From the NCBI RefSeq assembly GCF_018977255.1, contig NW_024704742.1, positions 77,502,001 through 77,566,000 of the forward strand: a stretch of DNA of 64,000 bases. Direction: 5' to 3'. The notes below the pieces were generated by a model, which was not told the DNA's origin, searched no databases, and saw only the letters and a list, made by a program, of their open reading frames with translations. Position 1 is the stretch's first letter; each line of letters opens with the position of its first letter. This stretch comes from Callorhinchus milii (lineage: Eukaryota). Below are positions 1 to 10,779 of this stretch, piece by piece. Position numbers and translations under genes: made by a program.

Positions 1-389
1 GGTGGGTTTTCTTGTGCGCTTATGTTCCCTAGGACTGGGCTGAGAGTGTGCTTGGTGCCATATCAAATACTGATGAGAAAGACGTGTTACTGAACTGAGA
101 AAAAAAGCATTATACATATGGAAGATCAGAGACCTGCAATTTCTCATAGTCTCCGCCGTAAGACAATTGTGCAGAATTTGGAAAACTGTCTTAAATTCAA
201 TTCTAATTGGGAAGCCAATTTTCCGCAGTTATTTTTGAGAAAATAGCTTCCATATTAATACCAAATTTAAGATTGTTTTCCACAATTCTGCACAATCTTG
301 AATTTTTAGACTATGGTCTTGAGCCTAGAACCATGAGATATTTCAGGACCCAGGAATGTAGTGAAATGGAATTGAGATTTGCAGTTAAA

Positions 390-775
390 TAATAATAATC
401 TTTGCATTTGATAAAGCTCTCATGTCAATTTCGCAAAGCATTTCAGATTGTTTTCTGTAAAGTAGAATGACTGTATATTTGTAGGTGGACACGGCAGCCA
501 ATTTTCACACAGTAATCTCCCACAAACAGCATGATTATGTTTAAATCTGCACTTGGATTGATGGCTAGGATAACCGAGAGAATCTCCCTTTTCTTTTCAA
601 ATAAAGACATGGGATTTTTAACATCTAGCCGAACAGGCAGACAAGACCTTGGTTTAACTTCTTATCAAAAGGACAGTATATCCAGCTATGCAACAGTCCC
701 CCAACACTACAGTGTCAGCCTAAATTATGAGCTCAAAGTCCTGACATGAGGCTTGAATCCATAACCTTCTGAATC
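390..775 (-). mobile_element. Deu-domain SINE (SacSINE1-like), diverged
   Basis: Reverse of the tRNA head (tcagaaggttatggattcaagcc), the Deu core (gttaaaaatcccatg) and the L2-type tail. Confidence 0.75.
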
Positions 776-1814
776 GTATTGCAGCATTCCTCAGGCCACT
801 TAAAGGCACCTAGAAATATAAAGACTAATAATAGTAATTCATGCATTTGCTATAGCACCTTTTACATCGGAAGGATGTCTCAAAGCGCTTCACAGTATTT
901 ACTGCAGAATGTGATGTATGTGTTTAGTAGGTGAACAAATTTAAAGAAACCTTGATTTTTTATCCTATAATTAAGAATGACTCGGAATCTGTCCAGCAAA
1001 TCAAGCCAACCCAAATTTGATCAGTCCATTCAATCCAACCAAAAAATACAGCTTTCTTTACTTGAGGCATGAAAACCCAAAACAGACAAACAAAACCTGA
1101 GTTTGGCTATGCTTTAGATTATACTGTCGACAATTCCAGTCAAATACATGTTTGATTGAAACACTGAATTTCAATCAATTCCAATCTGATTCATTCCTTT
1201 CATAACTAGTTCCTGATCCAAGCATGAAGATTAAATAGTAATTCCTGATTCAGAGTAAAATGTTCCTCAATTATCTAAATCTATTGTACATTAAACATAA
1301 TCAGTCTACTGCCAAATCTCAACCAGAAACTACAGGTATTGTTAATGTTAGAAATCTATTTGCTTTTGTTGTAAATTATACCTTTTGGTTAAGTGTTTTT
1401 TTCCTGCTGAGCTGAATTGATTTATGAATTATGATAGGACAAAGATTTGTAAATTGTCTAGACTCTTCTCAGATCTGCAAGCTGTAGATGGAAAGAGTCC
1501 AGACATGTTCAAATCTTTATAATCCTGAACAAAAAAATAGCATTTATTGACAACTAGTAATTTTTTTTCCACAGGAATGAACTGTGGTTCCAACCATTGA
1601 TGGCCATACCATCAGTCACTATCCTCCTAACCTGTGGAACTCCCTGCCTCAACCCCTCTGCCTCAATCTCTCTTTATCTATCTTCAAATACCACTTTAAG
1701 ACTTATCTCCCCTCCCCCTTTTCCCTCGGTCGTGGCCAGTCCCACCATTGTGCAGCGCTCTGAGATGCTATCCTATGTGAAGGGTGCTATATAAATGTAA
1801 ATTGTTTTGGTATC

Positions 1815-2105
1815 AATCTGGATCAGTTAATAACACTCTGTGTCAGAAGGTTGCGATTCAAGCCCCACGTCAGGACTTGGAACTCAGTCCATGTTGAAAT
1901 TCCAATGTAGTACTGGGAGTGTACATTGTCAGATGTACCACCTTTGAATGAGACAATAAACTAATGCCCCATCTCCTTGTTCAAGTGGATGTTAAAGATC
2001 CCATGGCACTATTCAAAAAGGGAAGGGAATTTCTTCCAATGTCCTAGCAACAATCCTGACTGTTGTGGAACATTTCTGAGTACAAATTGGCTGCTGTGTT
2101 TAGTT
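1815..2105 (+). mobile_element. Deu-domain SINE (SacSINE1-like)
   Basis: tcagaaggttgcgattcaagcccc...gtggatgttaaagatcccatggcactattc. Confidence 0.75.
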
Positions 2106-2559
2106 GAGTGGGCTTTGGTTAGTTCATAGCCAAACTTACTGTCTAAACCTGGGCTAGTTCCTATCCCCTACCCAGGGGGAATACATGGCGCTACATGAAA
2201 GCAATGAATATCTTTAATGTGTCCTGTATTTGTGTTGTGTGTGCGTATGAAGAAAAGAGAAGGGACTGCTGTTGGAAACCTCCATGTGCAGAAGACAGTG
2301 CTACATGGAAAGGCAATGACTTTGAAACAAAATCCATTCCAAAACGTAACAAAGGATAAAATACGAAAGATTATTCAGCTCATCAAACCTGCTCCTTTTA
2401 CAGACTATGCAAAACTAATTTTATCATGGGCTCGACCACTCTGTGTCCTGAGCAAAAGTTTCCATAAATACTCTTGGACCCCAAATGTATCTCCAGTTGA
2501 TTCATCCAATCTCACTTTTCCAAATCTGGTCTCCTCAACTCTACCGACATCGCCTCATC

Positions 2560-3110
2560 CTATCCCAGTAGCAGAGAAATCACTGTGGCTCATGGAGAAA
2601 GGTTAGGATCACGTATTTTCTACATTCAACTGATCTTGTGAGTATTTGTTCATTTCCTGCACTAGGCTCTATGAACCTATCATCCCCATTCCTCGTCTCA
2701 CTCTACTAGCTTGAAATGCCCCAGCGGATTAAGAGTAAGATCTTTATCCTAACCTTTAAATCATTCTACGATCTGGTTCCCCATTCTATGACCCCTGTGA
2801 CCTGCTCAAACCCTAGTCAACCCAATGACTCATTGGCAGTTTAGCTTTCAGGATAACTGCCCCCACTCTCTGGAACTTCAGCTCAGAGTCCTTCACGTCT
2901 TTCCTTCCTTCGCCTCCTGTAAGTTCCATCTAAAGACCTTCCTCTTTGTCTGTGGATTTAGCTATCTATGGCCCCCTCACCCCCTTGCTCTCCATTGTCC
3001 CAACCTCCATAGCCCCCACCCCAGCTTGGTGCAAACCCTAATCTGACCAGCACTTTAGGATGTCCTCTCGACATGAAAGGTGCTATACAAATGTAAATTT
3101 GTATTGTATT
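2560..3110 (+). mobile_element. L2 LINE 3' fragment, old
   Basis: ctctggaac...aagaccttcctcttt...ggatgtcctctcgacatgaaaggtgctatacaaatg tail. Confidence 0.7.
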
Positions 3111-3281
3111 TCACTCTGCCATCTCTACCTGTATTCTCTATAACAACAACTTGCATTTATACAATGTCCTTTGCACACTAATACTGCTCTCAAGCAAATA
3201 AATGTCCAGAGTTTTTTAAAAAATGAATGGATTGACTTAGCATCAACTGTTTTTTGCTATGATTATGATCTACATATCCAC

Positions 3282-3284
<3 letters not shown>

Positions 3285-3318
<34 letters not shown>

Positions 3319-3336
3319 CGTGTGTGTGTGTGCGCG
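3285..3336. repeat. (TG)n microsatellite
   Basis: Direct reading. Confidence 0.95.
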
Positions 3337-5029
3337 CGGGGAAGGGGGATCATCTAATATCTTTACCTCCTTGAGGCTTGTCAATTTAAAGCAAAGCCAT
3401 CTTGTTCTGCTTTCAGTCCAAGTCAATACACCCAGCCTCATTTATTCACCTTCGACATTTATATCACATGGAATCTGATTTGAGTTTGTCTGTTTATATA
3501 TTTGTATTGTATAAAAATAAGCTTCACTGATTGATAGAATTGAGGTTCTGTATGTTTTTTTTCAATGGAAACTAATCCAATAATAGGTATTAATCACCCT
3601 GGTCACTGAGTTGAAATTGTTGTGAGTAGTTAGGAACAGATCTATAAAGCTGGATTCCTCCATCTGCTTCCTATTGGATTCACATGTGTTTTTATTTGTT
3701 CTCTACCAGGCTTAGATTCCACAGTAAAATGAACCAGTGCAAAACGATTGCAATATCAGTCATGCATAAACAAGTGATATGCCAAGTACTGCAGAACTGT
3801 AGAAAAGAAACTTTAGGGGAAAAGTTTACAATGTTCAATAACCTGTTCCTTGTCATCACCACAAAACATTATTGAACGTCACAATTTTCCTCCCCCTGCC
3901 CCACCATCTCAGCAAAATTCTGATGGAATGCAATTTCAAAAACTATATTTGCATTATTAATAATTTGGGCCTAAAATCATTATTTCATATCAGAAAAACA
4001 ACTAAATCCAATCAGTTTTCTATTTGTATCTAATTTATCCACCTGAATGATGGCAGAAATGACAGAGCCCCACAAGGTAATTTATAGATGATGCTGGAGG
4101 GATGGCCTCAGGGAACAGCAGTGAGCTACCTGAATTGTCTTGTAGCTTAACGTTGACTATAGTAGGGAAGAAGTTAGATAGAATGTTCCTCTGTTAGTTA
4201 TCATAAGGAACAAGTTATTGAACCTGGCAAATTTTACCCTTGCGTAATTTATTGGCAAAGCTAAGAAGTAAAACTTGAACAGATTTCAGCTACTCCCCAA
4301 ACTTCCACTACATCTTTAGTTAATCTTCTGTGACTTTACAATGTGATGTCTAATAATTTCATTTTTCTTATTGAAAGGGCAGGCAGATGGTACAACGTGT
4401 GGTGCACTAACTGTATTGTGCCACAGGCTTTGCCATCAAATAGAAAATAATACCTGCTATAAGATTCTTTGTGGGAAGCCAGTTTCTCGCAGTGCCCTGG
4501 CCAATAATTCCCCAAATAAAATTGTTCATTCACTTCATGGCTGTTTGTTGAACATGTCTTTGCGTAAAATGGCTGCCACGTCCACCCACAAAACACAGTC
4601 ACTGCATTTTACAGTATATGCATTGAAGCACTTTGGGAAGTCATCCCAATGTGAAAGGAGCTATACCAAATATAAGGGTCATGATTATTATTGTTATTTT
4701 AATGCGAAAGAATCTCTAAACCTAAATCAATCTCGAAATCTAACAGTCCTGAATCTTGTTAGTGGACAACTCAAAATCCGTCCGATCATTTTTTAATGTT
4801 ACTAAAAAATCCTGTGAAATCTTCAGGACCATCTGACAGCTTTTGGGACGTCCTCTGACGTGAAAGGCACTTTATAAATGGAATCTTGTTGTTGTTGTTG
4901 TTGTTGTTTTAAAGACCATGGTGAAAATTGCAGTCTAATTTGATTCATGCCCGTTGTACTTATACTGAACCAGCAAGAATCAAATTGCTTCTGAATATGC
5001 TTGCTTCAGATGTGGGGCTCCACCATGAT

Positions 5030-5505
5030 TCATAGGAACATAGAAGTATAGGAATAGGTGGAGACCATTCAACCCATCTAACTTATTCACCCTGTTTAGC
5101 AGATAATGGCAAATCTTTGTATCTTCTTTTCTCCATGCTCCTCAATACCCTTGCTACTCAAAAATCTTTCTTTCTTTCTTTCTTTCTTTCTCTCTCTCTC
5201 TCTCTCTCTCTCGCTATCTCTCTCACTTTCAAACATCCTGATTGATTATGGCTCTATGGTTTCTGAGCTGTGCGGTCCATATCTTCAATTCACTGTGTGC
5301 TGTCGTTCATGAGGAGAAGTTGAACTCATAAAGGCATTCGCAAGGGAATTGGATAAATGATTGAGGAGAAATAATATTAGAAAGTGTAGTGAAAGAGTAT
5401 GGGAATGGGATTAAAGTAGGTAAATTCACAGTGGGGGAGCTAACACTAGCACAAAACAAAGGTCCAAATGGCCTCTTTCTGCATTGTAAACTTTCTATGA
5501 TTCTA
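5030..5505. mobile_element. CR1 LINE 3'-end fragments in both orientations, with (CTTT)/(CT) microsatellite
   Basis: cataggaacatagaagtataggaataggtggagaccattc (reverse 3' end); aaatggcctctttctgcattgtaaactttctatgattctat (forward 3' end). Confidence 0.7.
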
Positions 5506-5887
5506 TCATATTCTTTATAGCTTCCTCCCTATTAGGAACACTCCATAAAAAACATTTATTTTATGACATGCTTTTTACATTAGCTGCTAAAGATAATGTT
5601 ATAAAGTGGGTTTACTGTACAAGAATTTGGGAATGGACAGCTGGTTGTATTTTGCCATTTTTCCAAGAACAATAGTGCTCATTCTGCAATAGAATTGAGA
5701 GCAACACTACGATTGTCAGGCTGCTGGAAAACCATTGTACACTCAGCAAGCATGATGAATCCACAATTCGTTTGTCGTACTTGGCAAGCTTTGTATTACA
5801 ATTGAATGACATGCTGATCTCGCCTGTTGAGAGCACAATGGTTTTCCCTTTCAACTGATGGTAAGTTTCCGTTAAACATTGGTTTGA

Positions 5888-6410
5888 GGGCTCCCCCAGT
5901 GGCTCAGTGTGCAAATGCACCATGTGGTGTGCTTCAATCCCTTGACTCTGCTGAGCCAGTTGATCTCACTTGCAGTCGTGAAGGAGCATGACAAAAGCCT
6001 CAGGGCTCTTTGAGTTTGGGAAACAGAGGATGAACATCAGCTGGGGATTGTTCTTCTGTTCACTATATAGTGACACCTGCTAGAAGAGTAGGCCTACATG
6101 TATAGAAGTCGTTGGGAACACTCAGCAGGTCAGGCAGCATCTATAGAGAAAGGAAAGTGAGTCCATGTTTCAGGTCCACGACCCTTCGTCAGAACTGGCA
6201 GTATTTTGCGTTTTATGCCTACATGTATGTTGGGTTAGCACAGGTTCATCTGTAGTGCCTGCATTACCAAATAGCCTGCTGTCTGGATTTACACGTGAAG
6301 AATAACTATTTGAGTGAACGGCCCAGACTGACACTGCCCCTGGAGCCATAATCTACCACATCGCTGCATTCAATCTAGCTTTCAATCAAAAGAGGATGGG
6401 GAAAAGTGAA
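5888..6410 (+). mobile_element. Ancient tRNA-derived SINE (AmnSINE2-like) carrying a nested insertion
   Basis: ggctcccccagtggctcagtg head; ctgctgagccagttgatctca and caaatagcctgct body segments. Related pieces at ~6655-6860 (+) and ~20535-20670 (-). Confidence 0.55.
6104..6216 (-). mobile_element. Short Penelope-like (pLTR-derived) insertion with degenerate hammerhead ribozyme core
   Basis: Flanked by a perfect 12-bp direct repeat gcctacatgtat (6092-6103, 6217-6228). The minus strand reads CTGACGA-AGGGTC gtg GACCT-GAAAC (6167-6192). Confidence 0.7.
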
Positions 6411-6508
6411 AGCAGATTAGTTTGAATACAATCAATGCAAATATTTTTAAAAGGCAACAATCATTATCTTATGAAAACGTTTTCCCTAAGGACAGCTCTG
6501 ATCTTATA

Positions 6509-6633
<125 letters not shown>

Positions 6634-7714
6634 GCTGCAATTTAAGGACTGTGAGTTTGCTGGTTTAAATGCTGGTCCATGATGAGTTTGCAGATCACTA
6701 TTGGGAGTGCACATGTGTGGCAGTTAGGTCAGGCTCAGTTTTGATGCTTTCTATATTCAAGTGTCCTGCCAGGCTTACACATGTACAGTGGTGACTTGGG
6801 TGTGGTATTCAAGAGCAACAAGTGCCTATGAAATAAACAAGGAGGGTGAGGAGGAATGTAGAGAGGAAAAGAAAAACAGCAGAAGAGGTTGAGCAAGGAG
6901 CAGAGCGTTGCATGCCAATGGGGAGAATATTAGAAAAAATATTGCATTAAAACTTTATATTAAAACATCGTTAAAATTTGTTTTGTATTTCTCAGTTTCC
7001 TCTTTGCTCACTCTCTGCCTTGTCTATTTCCTGGTATATTAAAGATTTTCCTTAGGTGTCCTGGCCAACAATCATCCAGATAAAATGAATTATTCGCTTC
7101 ATGGTTGCTTGTGTGCAATCGGTCCTGCTGCATTCAGCTACCAAATATCTAGTCAATACACTCTACAATCATTCCTTTAAAGCACTTTGAGATACCTCAA
7201 TGACCAGATAAAGGGCTATATCAAATGCAATGATCATTATCACTATCAATTGTCTAAGTACCACAACACTTGCATTTATATAGCACCCCTCAGGTGAATT
7301 CAGCAATATTTCTTAAAATAATTCTTAATTAATGAATTCAAGTGGAAACTTAGTTTGGAAATGGAAACATGCAATGCATGTCAGTCCAGCTCAAGGGAAC
7401 TCTGCTCCCAATATAAAAGATGGAGTTATGTTCCGGGATACAAAATACCACAATATTGTCCTTGGAACAAACAATATTATTTTGGTTGCTTTAATTTTGC
7501 AGTTGTTTCTATATTTTGATTGGCTTTTCTAGGGGAGCTCCTTCCCTCTTCCTCTTCTAATTTTGATCCTCTGATCTGCATTAGCTCCCGCGTGTTCTTT
7601 CGTTTGATCAACCATCTCTCTGAGATTCCAATTTTATTATTTTTCAGGAAATGTTTGCTTTACCAAACCAGTAGACATGGTGTGGGGGATTTAAGGAGAG
7701 TATCTGATGTGATT

Positions 7715-7982
7715 CCATCTTTCAGATGAAATGTAAAGCTGGCTGTTTAAGTGATATCAATAATACCATGACGCTCTCTGAAAAGAAAGGATTTCTCCCA
7801 GTGTCCTGGCCACCAGCCCTCCAGATTTATCAGCCATTCACCTTGTATATATTGTGGGACATTTATAGCACAAGAGACTGCCACATTTGCCTGTAAAATT
7901 AGTCCCCTCAAGTGACAATAATTGCTGTGAAGTGTTTGGTGATATTTCAATATAAGGTGCTAGAAGAATTCAAGTTATTTCT
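7715..7982 (+). mobile_element. Deu-domain SINE, 3' part
   Basis: ccatctttcagatgaaatgtaaa...tgtcctggcca...aaggtgcta. Confidence 0.65.
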
Positions 7983-9762
7983 TTAATAAAACTCCCTCTC
8001 TGTAAAACACTCAAGTCTCTGTTCCATATTTGGATTGTACCTAATGTTACAATGTGGATTTGATCTCATTCTAATGGTTTGTGTAATTCCCACTAATGTT
8101 CTTTCAGCCGCTAAAAATCTCAACCCTACAGAACACAACTTCAAATGTGAATCTCCGAATAATCCTCAATAATAATTAGAATAATAATAATCCTTGCATT
8201 TGATATACCAATTTATAATGTGATTGATACAGCTCAAAGCACTTCACAGATATAGTGTAAAGTGAATTAACTGTACATTTTATGGGAGAATCCTTGTTAT
8301 TTTTAATGAAAACAAAATCATTGTGTAATAAACACATAGATTGAATCTACAGTATTATCACTGACACCAGAACTATTTCCTTTCTAATGTTCACTTAGAG
8401 ATGCCTTCCTCAAGCTGCTGAATTATCTCTCGAAACTTGTGCAGAGCAGTTCCTATCTTAATGTATTATTCTATGATGGTGATCTAACATGGTGGATGAA
8501 TATGATCCCTCAGGCTGACCTCAGTCTAGTGGTGGATTTAAGGAGTGTGTCTGATTTGTACTCTGTCTTTAAATTCTCTTCCCAGATTCTGTGATTATGA
8601 AGGATTAAATAAGTGGCCATTGGGAAGGCATCCAAAGTTGAAAGGAATTAAGGAAAACAATTATTGGAGATGGATTATTACTTAGAGAGGGATCAGAACA
8701 TCTCTCAATTGAAGTTTTGTTTATGGATCAGGACCATGGTTTTGTGGCTGATGTGAGCTAAGGTCATCATGGAGAGGTCAATTAATACTGAATACCTTAA
8801 AGCTAAGTTTACACCAGCATCAGATGGCCTTTAATTCTGGTTGTGGGTGGACAAGTGAGGAGAGATGCAAGGTCAGTGGGAGAAGCAATAAAGGGTCGGT
8901 AATGTTTATCTTAGCTGAGCTCCAATGCTGTCCATGATGATGGTGTCAGCCTGCCTCAGTGATGTCAGTCTGGCTCAGTGCTGTCAACCTGGTTCAGTGA
9001 TATCAGCCTCACTCAGTTGGTAGAACTTGTGTCTCTGAGTTACTGTTTGCTTAACAGAAAGTAGGAATCTGGTAGTTAGTTGATTGGCGGATTGCTTTCC
9101 AGGATAAGAAGTCCTTGAAAAAAATCATAATAATTTGGTCGCTCAATCCACAGTTGTGTGTGGGACTCTGTGTGTGTGCTGTGCGCAATGGGCTGCTGCA
9201 TTTCGCCCACATATATACAGTCAATTCACTTTACAGCATATTTTGTGAAGCGCTTTGTGACGCCTCGAAGATGTGGTAAGGCACTATATCAAATGCAACG
9301 ATTATTATTAGAATGTTCTGGGTTCAATCCCCAAGTTAGGACTTTAAACTCACAGTCTATGCTATCAGTTGAACAACATTTGTCATTCACTTTATGGCTG
9401 TTGTGAGATGCTGCTGTGTGCAAATTGCCCATTATGTTCATCCACAAATATACAATCGCTTTGCAGTAACATCCTGTAAAGTGTTAGAGTTGTCCTCCCA
9501 ATGTGAAAGGCATGATATCAAATGCAAAGATTTTATTAAATTCAATATGATTGGCCTCAGGAGGGTATTGTAACTTGTAATGATGCTGATTAATTGTACA
9601 AGTATGTGTTGTGAACCAAGCATATTGTCAGGTAGAATGTGCTGCAAGCCCACCTGTTTTTAATGTTATGCAAGAGTCATGGGACCTCCTCCTGACATGA
9701 AAGGCGCTTTACAAAAGTAATTTGTTGTTGTTGTTTGCTGTTGTCATCAGCTGGAGGCTACC

Positions 9763-10107
9763 AATAATAATATAATAATAATCCTTGCATTTGATATAGC
9801 GCTTTTCACGTCTTCTTAGACGTCCCAAAGCGCTTCACAGAATATACTGTATTGACTGTATATTTGTGAGCGAACGCGGCAGCCAATTGCGCACAGCAAT
9901 GTCCCACAAACAGTCATGGATTGAAAATGACCAATTTATTATTGTTTTGTTTTCTTGGAGGGATTATTATTAGGCATGTGGAGTAAGGAAACTTGTGGAG
10001 GCATGTGGAGTAAGGAAACTTGCCCAAGGTTTTGCCCTGCCTGGAATTGAACTCAGGTCTCTCAATTGCAAAGTGAGTGCTCTAACCACTGAGCTACAGG
10101 ACTCCAC
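9763..10107 (-). mobile_element. Young tRNA-derived SINE (short variant) with internal ~27-bp tandem duplication
   Basis: Reverse of gtggagtcctgtagctcagtggttagagcac...aagcgctttgggacgtc...aaatgcaaggattattatt; ggcatgtggagtaaggaaacttg occurs twice (9973-10022). Confidence 0.9.
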
Positions 10108-10240
10108 GCAATACACATTTGGAGAGGGTCAGCAGACATCGTACAGGGCAAGACAGTGTGTGGGGTGGGCAGTTGGGAGGGTGAGCAGTCAGTGTGGAAG
10201 GTGGCAGTGTGGAGGGTGGGCAGTCAGTGTGTACTGTGGG

Positions 10241-10640
10241 CAACAACAACAACAACAAAATTACATTTATGGAGCGCCTTTCACATCAGGAGGACGTCCC
10301 AAAGCGCTGAACAGTCAGGTGTCAGGGACCGGCCTTGAAGGAGGCAAGGGAGGAAGCGAGACGAAGGGACCATGGGATGGAGTGGGGGCAGAGAGGCTGA
10401 AAGCCCGGCAATCAATGGTAGGGCGGGTCGAGCGGGAGACATGGAGTAGGCCGGAGTCTGATGAGCGGAGGGAGCGGGCAGGTTGGTAGGGAGTCAGCAG
10501 GTCAGAGAGGTAGGAGGGGGCAAGGCCATGGATGGCCTTAAAGGTGAGGACGAGGATCTTGAACTCGATCCTGGGGGATGGGGAGCCAGTGGAGTCGGGT
10601 GAAGGTGGGAGTGATGGGGTCATGAAGCCTGGTCCGTGAG
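10241..10640 (-). mobile_element. L2 LINE 3' end
   Basis: RIEFKILVLTFKAIHGLAPSYLSDLL; (GTT)n tail. Confidence 0.92.
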
Positions 10641-10779
10641 AGTACAGAGCTACAGTCAGTGTAGAGGGTGGGCAGTCAATGCAGAGTGTAACAGACCAGA
10701 TCTAGTAGTGGAGATGTGGATGCCTGAATATTCTGGAGACTGATTACCTTAGCAAATTCTGGATTTTTTTATTGATGAG

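Noticed and set aside
5612..5870. Plus-strand RNase H-like reading NSAHSAIELRA and a gtaagt donor
   Set aside because: The minus-strand frame matches the post-GDN region of L in the correct collinear position.
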